Part shown: positions 22,009-30,386 of the stretch, piece by piece
Position numbering within the stretch: position 1 is the first letter of the stretch
Layout: each line of letters opens with the position of its first letter
Origin: Phycisphaera mikurensis NBRC 102666
GTDB lineage: Bacteria > Planctomycetota > Phycisphaerae > Phycisphaerales > Phycisphaeraceae
Assembly: GCF_000284115.1 (NCBI RefSeq)
Contig: NC_017080.1
Location: forward strand, 3,600,001 to 3,632,000
Length of the DNA: 32,000 nucleotides
Direction: 5' to 3'
Notes under the pieces: generated by a model
What the model was told of the DNA's origin: nothing
The model's input: the letters and a program-made list of their open reading frames with translations, nothing else
The model's database searches: none
Made by a program: the position numbers and the translations under genes

Positions 22009-23315
22009 GGCTGGAGGATGCCCGGCCCGGCCGGGCGACCGCCGATCCACGCCCGCTTCACGAGTCCGCGGACTTCGCGGCCCTCGTGCGGCGTGAGCGG
22101 GTGGCGGTGGTGGAGTTCGGCGCCGCGGACGGTCCAGCGGGCGTCGGGATCGAGGGCGACGAGGTCGGCGGGGTGGCCCTCGGCGATCCCGAAGGTCCGG
22201 CCGGCGAGCGCCGCCGGGCGCTCGCCCATCCACCGCACCACGTCGGCGAGGCCGAAGCCGCGGCGGCTCGCCTCGGCCCAGGTCGCCGCGAAGGACACCT
22301 CCAGCGAGGCGATGCCGCCCCAGGCGGCGACGAAGTCGCCCGCCTCTTGGGCCTTCATCGACGGCGGGCACGGCGAGTGGTCGCTGGCGACCAGGTCCAG
22401 CGTGCCGTCGGCGAGGCCGGCCCAGAGCATCTCCCGGTTGGCCGCGTCGCGGATCGGCGGGGCGCACTTGAACGCGGTGGCGCCGGCGGGAATCTCCTCC
22501 GCGGCGAAGCAGAGGTGGTGCGGGCAGGTCTCGGCGGTGAGCGGCAGGCCGGCGGCCTTCGCCTCGGCGATCAGCGGGAGCGACCCGGCGTCGGCCACGT
22601 GGACGACGTGCGTCCGGCAGCCGGTCTCGCGGCAGAGCCGGACGAGCAGCGCGATCGCGTCCCGCTCCATCGACGGCGGGCGGGACGCGAGCCAGGCGTC
22701 GTGCGAGCGTGGATCGGCCGGTGCCGCGGCGGGCGTGTCGGTCGCCAGCTCGGCGTGCGCGAGCAGCGGCAGGCCGCGCCGCGCGAGCGCCGCCATCGCC
22801 ACCCGCAGCTCCGCCTCCCCGGCGGCGCCGAAGGAGGCGAGCCCGCTGTCGCAGAGGAAGGCTTTGAGGCCCCACACGCCCGCGTCGAGCAGCGCCTCGA
22901 TCTCGGCCTCGCCCATGCCGCCGGTTACGCCGCCCCAGAAGCCGACGCGGCAAGAGAGCTTGTCCTTCGCCGCCGCCCGCTTCTGGGTCAGCGCCTCCGG
23001 CGTCGTCGTCACCGGCAGCGAGTTCAGCGGCATGTCGACGACGGTCGTGAAGCCACCCGCCAAGGCCGCGGCGGTGCCGGTCGCGAAGCCTTCCCACTCG
23101 GTGTTCCCCGGCTCGTTGAGGTGGACGTGGGTGTCGACGAGGCCGGGCATCAGCACGAGGTCGCCCAGGTCGGTTCCGCCCGCGGCGGCGGGATCGTCGA
23201 GCGCCAGCACCCGGGCGATCCTGCCGTCCGCGACCTCGACCGACGCCGGCCGCTCCCCCTCCGGCAGCAGCACCCGGCTGGAACGCAGGACAAGAAGCGG
23301 GACCGGGTCGGGCAC
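22005..23315 (-). CDS. allB: Allantoinase (dihydroorotase-like amidohydrolase)
   Basis: VLMPGLVDTHVHLNEPGNTEWEGFATGTAAALAGGFTTVVDMPLNSLPVTT, LKAFLCDSG, THVVHVADAGSLPLI, AETCPHHLCF, FKCAPPIRD, VASDHSPCPPSMK. ATGA overlap with uraD. Confidence 0.93.
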   Translation of the reverse strand: MPDPVPLLVLRSSRVLLPEGERPASVEVADGRIARVLALDDPAAAGGTDLGDLVLMPGLVDTHVHLNEPGNTEWEGFATGTAAALAGGFTTVVDMPLNSLPVTTTPEALTQKRAAAKDKLSCRVGFWGGVTGGMGEAEIEALLDAGVWGLKAFLCDSGLASFGAAGEAELRVAMAALARRGLPLLAHAELATDTPAAAPADPRSHDAWLASRPPSMERDAIALLVRLCRETGCRTHVVHVADAGSLPLIAEAKAAGLPLTAETCPHHLCFAAEEIPAGATAFKCAPPIRDAANREMLWAGLADGTLDLVASDHSPCPPSMKAQEAGDFVAAWGGIASLEVSFAATWAEASRRGFGLADVVRWMGERPAALAGRTFGIAEGHPADLVALDPDARWTVRGAELHHRHPLTPHEGREVRGLVKRAWIGGRPAGPGILQP

Positions 23316-23364
23316 GCGTCTACGTTACGACCGGCCTGCGCGAGTTCCTTTCAGTCGATCCACC

Positions 23365-24225
23365 ATGCACACGCTGACCCATTCGACCCACGGCAAGTCG
23401 CGCGTGCGGGTGTCCAAGATCCTGCGGCCGCGTGAGAAGCCCGCCGTGGAGGAGACGCACCGGTTCCTCGAAGCGGCCGTGGAGGTGCTTCTCGAGGGAG
23501 GCACCGACGCCGCCTACACCGACGGCGACAACGCGAACGTCGTCGCCACCGACACGGTGAAGAACACCGTCTTCGCGCTCGCCCGCGACACCGATTACGA
23601 CGACCTGCCCACGTTCGGCCGCGTTTTGGCGAACCACTTCCTCTCCCGCTACGAGCACGTGACCAAGGTGACCGTCGCGATGGAAGGCCACACCTGGCAC
23701 CGGCTGCTCGACTGCCCGCACGCCTTCACCGGCAGCGACGCCGAGGCGCGACGGGTGACGGTCGTCGCCGAACGCGGGCAGCCACTCCGCCTGGCCGACG
23801 GCTTCGGCGGGCTGATGCTCGCGAAGACCACCGCAACCTCCTTCGAGAACTTCCACCGCGACGCGTACCGCACGCTGCCCGACGCCGCCGATCGCGTGCT
23901 CGCCACGGTGCTCACCGCGAGCTGGGCCGTCAACGGATCCGCGGACCGCGACGACTTCGACGCCGTTTTCGCCACGGTCCGCGGCGCGCTGCTCACCGCC
24001 TTCGTCGACCACCACAGCGTGAGCGTCCAGGCGACGCTCTACCGCATGGCGTCGGCCGCGCTGGACGCGACGGACGCCATCGACGCCGTCACGATGTCGA
24101 TGCCCAACAAGCACCACCTGCCGGTCGATCTCTCGAAGCTCGACCGCGAGAACGACAACGTGGTGTTCCAGGTGACCGACGAGCCGGCGGGGGCGATCCA
24201 GGCGACGGTGACGCGGGGGCGGTGA
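23365..24225 (+). CDS. Urate oxidase (uricase)
   Basis: THGKSRVRVSKI, YTDGDNANVVATDTVKNTVFALARD, ANHFLSRYEHVTKVTV, LMLAKTTATSFENFHRDAYRTLPDAADRVLAT, MSMPNKHHLPVDLSKLDRENDNVVFQVTDEPAGAIQATV. Confidence 0.96.
   Translation: MHTLTHSTHGKSRVRVSKILRPREKPAVEETHRFLEAAVEVLLEGGTDAAYTDGDNANVVATDTVKNTVFALARDTDYDDLPTFGRVLANHFLSRYEHVTKVTVAMEGHTWHRLLDCPHAFTGSDAEARRVTVVAERGQPLRLADGFGGLMLAKTTATSFENFHRDAYRTLPDAADRVLATVLTASWAVNGSADRDDFDAVFATVRGALLTAFVDHHSVSVQATLYRMASAALDATDAIDAVTMSMPNKHHLPVDLSKLDRENDNVVFQVTDEPAGAIQATVTRGR
23939..23984. repeat. 46-bp dispersed palindromic motif CCGCGGACC-N28-GGTCCGCGG
   Basis: Cores 23939-23947 and 23976-23984, inside the uricase gene. Confidence 0.7.
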
Positions 24226-24234
24226 GGCGGTGCG

Positions 24235-24942
24235 TCAGCCCTGCCCGTGGACGCCTTCGAAGACCTCAGCGAGCGCGATTCGGAAGCCCGGGAGCACGTT
24301 CCCACCGTCAAGCTCGCCACCGATGGTGATCGCCTCATCAGGTTCGTTGGGCTGGGTGTAGATGACCGCGGTGGCAGATCCGGCATCGATGATCCACATG
24401 AGGCGCGTCCCGCCGGCGAAGAGCTCGCTTCGCTTCTGGTCGATCTCCTCCTTCGTGTTTCCGCGGCTGAGGACCTCGATCACAAGATCCGGGCACAGCG
24501 GCGTCACCCGCATCAGCTTTTGCGGCAGCCGGCTCTCCTGCACATAAGAGACGTCCGGGAGGCGGACGTTGCCACCGGGCATGCGGAAGGTCGCATCGGC
24601 ACCGAATACGGCTCCGAGCCTCCGCGGACGGACGTGCGACGACAGCAAAAAAATCAAGGCTGCCGCGATTTGCGATTCGCGCACACCCATGGCCTTCTCG
24701 ACGAGCGTCCCGTGAACCAACTCGACGAGCGGCTTCTGCTCCGACGCTACCAGCGCATCTTCGGCGGTCGCGGTTCCCGGGGCGGGGTCCAGCCTGACAC
24801 GCTCGAGCGGAACCCCACCAAGAGCGGCGTGCCACGCCGCAGCCGTCAGGAATCGAATCACCTGGCGCTCCGGCTCCCGAGGCACCAACCACGCACCCTC
24901 GGGCAGAGCAACGGGAACGGTGGCAGAAAGAGCGGCTGGCAT
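24235..24942 (-). CDS. Uma2 family (DUF820) putative endonuclease
   Basis: LVHGTLVEKAMG...RRLGAVFGADATFRMPGGNVRLPDVSYVQESRL...LCPDLVIEVLSRGNTKEEIDQKRSELFAGGTRLMWIID, PD-(D/E)XK-like Uma2 signature. Confidence 0.88.
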   Translation of the reverse strand: MPAALSATVPVALPEGAWLVPREPERQVIRFLTAAAWHAALGGVPLERVRLDPAPGTATAEDALVASEQKPLVELVHGTLVEKAMGVRESQIAAALIFLLSSHVRPRRLGAVFGADATFRMPGGNVRLPDVSYVQESRLPQKLMRVTPLCPDLVIEVLSRGNTKEEIDQKRSELFAGGTRLMWIIDAGSATAVIYTQPNEPDEAITIGGELDGGNVLPGFRIALAEVFEGVHGQG

Positions 24943-25060
24943 GATCCCAGCGTACGCGGCAACCCAGCGGCTTCGACCTGGATCTTGGACTTCTCTGCAT
25001 CGGCTGCCCTCGGCGACACGTGGCGAAGCGCAGAGCGCGGCGGCGGCGTTCGCATCTCAT

Positions 25061-25220
25061 CTAGAGCATCGTGCGCAATTTTCCGATCGGCCTGCGTCCG
25101 CGCGTCGTGTTCCTCGTGAGGAGGCGAAGCAGCCCTGCCCCTGCAGGGCGATGCAGCCGACGAAGCGAGGGGCACGACTCGCCCGCAGAGGCGATCGGAA
25201 GCTAGCGCACGGTGCGCTAG
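25061..25220 (+). repeat. 160-bp palindromic MITE-like element, copy 2 (right end altered; IS inserted at terminal CTAG)
   Basis: CTAGAGCATCGTGCGCAATTTTCCGATCGGCC...CCCTGCCCCTGCAGGGCGATGCAGCC...AGGCGATCGGAAGCTAGCGCACGGTGCGCTAG. Confidence 0.92.
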
Positions 25221-26651
25221 CAGGCCGCTGCAGAACCCTGTCCATCGCGCTAACTTCTGAGGCTTCTTCCTCAGGAGCCTTCTCATGCGTGGCCGCGTCG
25301 CTTCCTCGTCCCCGATGTTCTTCGCGATCGACCTCGAAGAACGCATCCGCCCCGACCACCCGCTGCGGCCGATTCGCCGGATCGTCGACCGCATCCTCGG
25401 CGACATGACCGCCGACTTCGACGCGGCCTACGCCGACGTGGGCCGCCCAGGTGTCCCGCCTGAGCGGCTGCTCAAGCTCATGCTCTTGCAGGCGCTCTAC
25501 GGCGTCTCCAGCGAAGCCAAGCTCTTCGACCGCCTCGACACCGACCTGGTGTTCCGGTGGTTCTGCGGCATGGACCCCGCCGAGCCGGTCCCCGCCGCCA
25601 CCGCCTTCACCCACAACCGCGACCGGCTGATCAAGCACAAGCTCGCCGAGAAGTTCTTCACCGCCGTCACCAAGCTGGCCATCGACACGGGCAAGGTCTC
25701 CACCGAGCACTTCAGCGTCGACGGCACGCTCATCGAGAGCCACGGCTCCATCAAGAGCTTCGTGCCCAACGCCACCGCCGATGCCGCTCAAGCCCGCAAG
25801 CAGCACTGCGGCGGCGACGATCAGGACCACGACAAGGGTCCCGGCGGCACCGGTGGCTTCAAGAGCCGCAACCCCGAGCAAGACTTCCACGGCCAGAAGC
25901 GCAGCAACGCCACGCACCGCAGCGTGACCGATCCGGAGGCCAAGCTCTACCGCAAGGGCGACGGCCAGCCCGCCAAGCTCTCGCACATGGGCCACCTGCT
26001 GGTGGACAACCGCAGCGGCATCATCGTGGGGATGAAGCTCTCCGAGGCCAACGGCTTCGCCGAGCGGGAGACGGCCCTGGAACTGGTCGACACGCTCAAG
26101 ACGACCCACGGGATCAGCGCCCGCACGGTCGGAGCCGACGCCGGCTACGACGCCGGCGCGTTTCTTCGCGAGCTCGAAGACCGGGGGGCGACCCCGCACG
26201 TTGCCCCCAGCCGCGAGCGTCGGCCCGGCGGGCGGAGGGGGCCGAAGAAGGCGGACCGGCCGAAACTGGCGGCCAGGCTCCGCAACTTCCGGCGGAAGCT
26301 GCGGGACCGCGGCTACGCGATCAGCCAGCGGAAACGCAAGAAAGTGGAGGAGCCGTTTGGCTGGTTGAAGAGCCACGCACTCTTGAGCAAGGCGCGTCTG
26401 GTGGGTCGAGAGCGGATCCAACAGCAGTGGCACATCGCCGCGGCGGGGCTGACGCTGGTGAGGCTGAGGAACCTGATGGCGGCGTAGAGGCCGATGGCTG
26501 GATCGGTGGGTGATCCCACCGTGCTGCCGCCGTTCGAGCGGCTGAAAATCCCCCGACGATGCGGCGGATCACCCGCCGCTGGCCGACGAATTCGCAGACA
26601 ACCCCCGTGCCTCAAGCCAACGATCCGGCAGTGGGTTTCTGCAGCGGCCTG
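25221..26651 (+). mobile_element. Complete IS5-like insertion sequence, 1431 bp
   Basis: 15-bp perfect terminal inverted repeats CAGGCCGCTGCAGAA (25221-25235) / TTCTGCAGCGGCCTG (26637-26651). Flanking direct repeat CTAG (25217-25220 and 26652-26655). One intact transposase ORF. Confidence 0.92.
25285..26487 (+). CDS. IS5-like DDE transposase
   Basis: IRPDHPLRPIRRIVD...ERLLKLMLLQALYG...FRWFCGMDPAEP; DDE regions FSVDGTLIESHGS, TVGADAGYDAG, YAISQRKRKKVEEPFGWLKSHALLSK. Confidence 0.95.
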   Translation: MRGRVASSSPMFFAIDLEERIRPDHPLRPIRRIVDRILGDMTADFDAAYADVGRPGVPPERLLKLMLLQALYGVSSEAKLFDRLDTDLVFRWFCGMDPAEPVPAATAFTHNRDRLIKHKLAEKFFTAVTKLAIDTGKVSTEHFSVDGTLIESHGSIKSFVPNATADAAQARKQHCGGDDQDHDKGPGGTGGFKSRNPEQDFHGQKRSNATHRSVTDPEAKLYRKGDGQPAKLSHMGHLLVDNRSGIIVGMKLSEANGFAERETALELVDTLKTTHGISARTVGADAGYDAGAFLRELEDRGATPHVAPSRERRPGGRRGPKKADRPKLAARLRNFRRKLRDRGYAISQRKRKKVEEPFGWLKSHALLSKARLVGRERIQQQWHIAAAGLTLVRLRNLMAA

Positions 26652-26689
26652 CTAGCCCCGTCAGATGCTCCTGCGCCGGCGGGAGTCGG

Positions 26690-27967
26690 CTACGTGGAGG
26701 TGGCCAGCCGCGCCAGCGTCCTGGCCAGCACCAAAACTCCGTGGCCGATCGCCGATTCGCTCGCGAACTCGTCGGGCCGGTGCGAGACGCCACCGCGGCA
26801 GGGGATGAAGATCATCCCGGTCGGGCAGACGCGGGCCATGAACAGCGAGTCGTGGTAGGCCCGGCTGATCGTGCGCTTCGTCGTGAGCCCGGCGGCCGCG
26901 TCCGCGACGGCGTCGACGACGAGCGGATAACAGGCCGCGGGCGGGTCGGCGTTGAGCACGCGGTGGGTGGCGGTGACGCCGCGGCGTGCGCAGATCGCGT
27001 CGATCCCGTCCCGGATCTTCGCCCACGCGGCGTCGCGACGGTCGCCGTCGGTGTCGCGGAGGTCCAGCGTGAAGCGGACCCGGTTCGCGATCGAGTTGCC
27101 GTGACCGGGGTGCGGCGTGAACTCGCCGACCGTCGTGACGGTGTCGACCGCCCCGCTGCTCTTTGCCGCGGCCTCGATCGCCAGCACCATCTCCGCGGCG
27201 GCACAAAGGGCGTCGTGGCGATCGGGCATCAGCACGGCCCCGGCGTGGCCGCCGGCGCCGAGCACCTCGAATTCGGCGGCGAGCGGGGCCGCGATCGCGG
27301 TGACGATGCCGATGTCCAGGCCCTCCCGCTCCAGCAGCGGGCCCTGCTCGGTGTGCAGCTCGACGAAGGCGTGGAAGTGGTCGGGCGCCAACCGCGCGTC
27401 GGCGAGGTCGCCGGAGAAGCCGGCGGCGCGGCGGACGTCGTCGAAGCTCCTGCCCTCGGGATCCGTCAGCGCCGCGACCTCCGCCGCCTCCATCGCGCCG
27501 GTCATCACCCGGCTGCCCGAGCAGCCCAGCCCGAAGCGCGTCGGCTCCTCGCTGGTGAACATCACCAGCTCGATCGGCCGGACCGGGACGAAGCCGGCTC
27601 GCTGGAGCGCCCGGATCGCCTCGAGCCCGCCGAGCACGCCGACGGTCCCGTCGTACATGCCCGAGTGCGGGATCGCGTCGTTGTGCGAGCCGGTGCCGAC
27701 GGCGCCGCTCGCCGCCGGATCGCCCCAGCGGGCGAAGGTGTTGCCCATCGGGTCGACGCGGACGGTGAGGCCGGCTTCTTCGCAGAGCCCGGTGAACCAG
27801 GCACGCATCGCGAGGTCCGGCTCGGTGAAGACGACGCGGCTCACCGCGGTCGTCGGCTCGGGCAGGCCGGCCGGCACCTCCGCCTCGGCGGAGAAGGTCG
27901 CCAGCTTCTTCAGCTCGGCCACGACGCGCGCGGCGTCCACCGCGATCTCGGGGAGCGTCGCGTTCAT
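26690..27967 (-). CDS. M20-family ureidoglycolate amidohydrolase-like protein
   Basis: SRVVFTEPDLAMRAWFTGLCEEAGLTVRVDPMGNTFARW...VGTGSHNDAIPHSGMYDGTVGVLGGLEAIRAL...LVMFTSEEPTRFGLGCSGSR resembles plant UAH. Confidence 0.8.
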   Translation of the reverse strand: MNATLPEIAVDAARVVAELKKLATFSAEAEVPAGLPEPTTAVSRVVFTEPDLAMRAWFTGLCEEAGLTVRVDPMGNTFARWGDPAASGAVGTGSHNDAIPHSGMYDGTVGVLGGLEAIRALQRAGFVPVRPIELVMFTSEEPTRFGLGCSGSRVMTGAMEAAEVAALTDPEGRSFDDVRRAAGFSGDLADARLAPDHFHAFVELHTEQGPLLEREGLDIGIVTAIAAPLAAEFEVLGAGGHAGAVLMPDRHDALCAAAEMVLAIEAAAKSSGAVDTVTTVGEFTPHPGHGNSIANRVRFTLDLRDTDGDRRDAAWAKIRDGIDAICARRGVTATHRVLNADPPAACYPLVVDAVADAAAGLTTKRTISRAYHDSLFMARVCPTGMIFIPCRGGVSHRPDEFASESAIGHGVLVLARTLARLATST

Positions 27968-28737
27968 GCCATCACGTCCCGGTTGACGTTCTTGCAGTAG
28001 AGGTAGGTCGCCGGTTCCGGCCCCATCGCCACGAACCACTGCGGGCAGAAGGGGGCCATCCAGATCGCGTCGCCCGCCTGCACCGGGTACCAGGACTCGG
28101 TGGGGCCGGCGCCCAGCCGGTAGACGCCGCGGCCGTGCTGCATGAAGAGGCCGTGCTCGTTGTGGTGGCTCTCCACCAGCGGGAGCGCGACGCCGGGATC
28201 GAAGGAGAAGCGGTTGACCGCGAGGTCGAACGACGCGTCCCCGGGCAGCAGCGTCTGCAGCCGGGCACCCGGGTCGCCCAGGAAGGGCTCGGCCGGCGTG
28301 TCGTCGGCGTGGCCGTGCAGGAGGCCCGGCGCGGCGACGCCCTCCGAAGCGGCGTACGCCTTCTCGAAGATCAGCACGCGGGCGGATTCCGCGACCGCCA
28401 TCTCCACCCGCTCGCCCGCGGGCAGGTACGCCCACGAATCGGCGGTCAAGCCCGTCCCTTCCACCGACAGCCCGCCCGCGAGCACGTAGACGACGCGCTC
28501 GCGGCCGTGGCCCCGCGTCGCGAGGCGCGCGCCGCCGCCGAGCGTCGCGACCGCCATCGTGAAGCCGGGCCCGCGGCCCATCGCTCCCATGGCCGGGCTG
28601 ATCAACACCGCGCCCTCGGCGGCTTCCCACCCGTGCAGCGGAGCCGTGACGTGCGTGTCCTCCGCGACGAGCGCGTGGTCCGCGGCAACGACCGTCCGCG
28701 TGTGCCCGAGGGGGTGCGTCGTCGAGTGCTCGGGCAT
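27964..28737 (-). CDS. allE: (S)-ureidoglycine aminohydrolase, bicupin
   Basis: HALVAEDTHVTAPLHGWEAAEGAVLISPAMG...VVYVLAGGLSVEG...DSWAYLPAG...ESHHNEHGLFMQHGRGVYRLG...VQAGDAIWMAPFCPQWFVAMGPEPATYLYCKNVNRD. ATG/stop overlap with the downstream M20 gene. Confidence 0.88.
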   Translation of the reverse strand: MPEHSTTHPLGHTRTVVAADHALVAEDTHVTAPLHGWEAAEGAVLISPAMGAMGRGPGFTMAVATLGGGARLATRGHGRERVVYVLAGGLSVEGTGLTADSWAYLPAGERVEMAVAESARVLIFEKAYAASEGVAAPGLLHGHADDTPAEPFLGDPGARLQTLLPGDASFDLAVNRFSFDPGVALPLVESHHNEHGLFMQHGRGVYRLGAGPTESWYPVQAGDAIWMAPFCPQWFVAMGPEPATYLYCKNVNRDVMA

Positions 28738-28787
28738 CGGCCGCAATGTAGAGCCGGCGGGTGGCGGCGAGGCCACCAACGCCGGGA

Positions 28788-28833
28788 TCGCGGACCGCGG
28801 CGGTTCGGGCCGCTGCGCGGCCGCGGTCCGCGG
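28788..28833. repeat. 46-bp dispersed palindromic motif (one mismatch in left core)
   Basis: TCGCGGACC at 28788-28796 and GGTCCGCGG at 28825-28833; 13-bp perfect arms 28789-28801 / 28820-28832. Upstream of allE. Confidence 0.7.
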
Positions 28834-28874
28834 GCGGGCTCGCGCCGCACCGCCCCGGCCTCTTGGCCGCCGGG

Positions 28875-29034
28875 CTGGAGCATCGTGCGCAATCTCCCGA
28901 TCGGCCTGCGTCCGCGCGTCGTGTTCCTCGTGAGGAGGCGAAGCAGCCCTGCCCCTGCAGGGCGATGCAGCCGACGTAGCGAGGGGCACGACTCGCCCGC
29001 AGAGGCGATCGGAAAATTGCGCGCGGTGCGCTAG
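28875..29034 (+). repeat. 160-bp palindromic MITE-like element, copy 3
   Basis: CTGGAGCATCGTGCGCAATCTCCCGATCGGCCTGCGTCC...GGCGATCGGAAAATTGCGCGCGGTGCGCTAG. Same length and orientation as copy 2. Confidence 0.92.
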
Positions 29035-30296
29035 CGCCGCGGATCGTCCGGAGCCGCCAAGCGCTTCATCAGCCGCACCAGGAGCTCCACGGCGACGGCG
29101 ACGTCGGCCACGTCGGCGGCTTCGTCCAGGTGGTGGGAGATCCCGCCGGGGTGGCGGAGGAACAGCAGCGCCGCCGGGAACTCAGCCGCCATCACCACGG
29201 CGTCGTGGCCGGCGCCCGAGACCATCGCCGGACCGGCCTGGCCGAGCTCCGCCAGCAACGCCCCGCAGCGGGCGCCGAGCTTCGCGTCCATCTTCACGGC
29301 CGGCTGGTTCTGGTTCTCCTCCACGGTCAGCTCGCAGCCTTCGGCGGCGGCGAGGTCGATCGCCTGCTCCAGCAGCCGGCCGACGGCGGCGACACGCACC
29401 GCGTCCTCGGCGTGGCGGACGTCCATGGAGAGGTCGACGCGGCCGGGCACGACGTTCCGCGTGTTTGGGAGCACGTCCAGCCGCCCCACCGTGGCCTTCA
29501 GTCCGGGCGTGGCGAGGCCCTCGGCACGCACCGCCGCCACCACGCCGGCCGCGGCGAGCAGGGCGTCCTGGCGTTGGTCCATCGGCCGCGTCCCGGCGTG
29601 GGCGGTTCGCCCGGTCAGCCGCACGAGCAGCCGGCTCTGCCCGGCGACCGCGGACACCACGCCCACCGACCGCCCCGCCGCCTCCAGGAGCGGGCCCTGC
29701 TCCAGGTGCGTCTCGACGAAGCCGAGCACGTCTTCGGGCCGGTACGCCGCTTCGGGCAGCAACCGCGGGTTCTGGCCGAAGGCGCGGATCGCGTCTTCCA
29801 TCAGGACGCCCGATCTGTCCGGGCGCGTCAGCAGCTCGTAGTCGAAGGTCCCCGCGACCGCCCGGCTGCCCAGGTACGGCGTCGCGTAACGCACGCCTTC
29901 CTCCTCGCTGAAGGCGACGACGTCGACGTGGAAGGGCAGCGGCTCGCGGCGGCCGAAGGCCTCCACCGCCGCGAGCGCCGCCAGCACGCCGAGGACGCCG
30001 TCGTAGCGGCCGGCGCCGGGCACGGAGTCGATGTGGGAGCCCAGCAGCAGGACCCTCGGCCGGCTCCCATCGAGCGGAGCCGCGGACCGCCGCCCGATCA
30101 GGTTCCCCGCCGCGTCGGTCCGCGGCGCCAGCCCCGCCGACCGCATCCACCCCGCGAGCTTCCCGTGCGCCTCCTTCATCGCCGGGGTCAGGTACCGGCG
30201 GGTGATGCGGTCCTCCTCCTCCGAGCAGGCCGCGATCGCGTCGCAGCGGAGCATGGCCGTCTCGGCGGCGGCGAGAGACTCTGGAGACGGAGCGTG
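29031..30296 (-). CDS. M20-family allantoate amidohydrolase-like protein (start uncertain: GTG 30296 or ATG 30254 preferred over ATG 30395)
   Basis: ITRRYLTPAMKEAHGKLAGWMRSAGLAPRTDAAGNLIGRR...VLLLGSHIDSVPGAGRYDGVLGVLAAL...DVVAFSEEEGVRYATPYLGSRAVAG...FVETHLEQGPLLEA...VSGAGHDAVVMA. Confidence 0.83.
   Translation of the reverse strand, partial: HAPSPESLAAAETAMLRCDAIAACSEEEDRITRRYLTPAMKEAHGKLAGWMRSAGLAPRTDAAGNLIGRRSAAPLDGSRPRVLLLGSHIDSVPGAGRYDGVLGVLAALAAVEAFGRREPLPFHVDVVAFSEEEGVRYATPYLGSRAVAGTFDYELLTRPDRSGVLMEDAIRAFGQNPRLLPEAAYRPEDVLGFVETHLEQGPLLEAAGRSVGVVSAVAGQSRLLVRLTGRTAHAGTRPMDQRQDALLAAAGVVAAVRAEGLATPGLKATVGRLDVLPNTRNVVPGRVDLSMDVRHAEDAVRVAAVGRLLEQAIDLAAAEGCELTVEENQNQPAVKMDAKLGARCGALLAELGQAGPAMVSGAGHDAVVMAAEFPAALLFLRHPGGISHHLDEAADVADVAVAVELLVRLMKRLAAPDDPRR
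30080..30125. repeat. 46-bp dispersed palindromic motif CCGCGGACC-N28-GGTCCGCGG
   Basis: Cores 30080-30088 and 30117-30125; 11-bp arms. Inside the allantoate amidohydrolase-like gene. Confidence 0.7.
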
Positions 30297-30386
30297 CACG
30301 GCGGAGAAGCTACGGGACACGCTGCGGCCCGCGCCGCCCCCGCCGCCGTTCAAACGTCCAAGGCAACCAAGCGGTCGAAGGATCCA

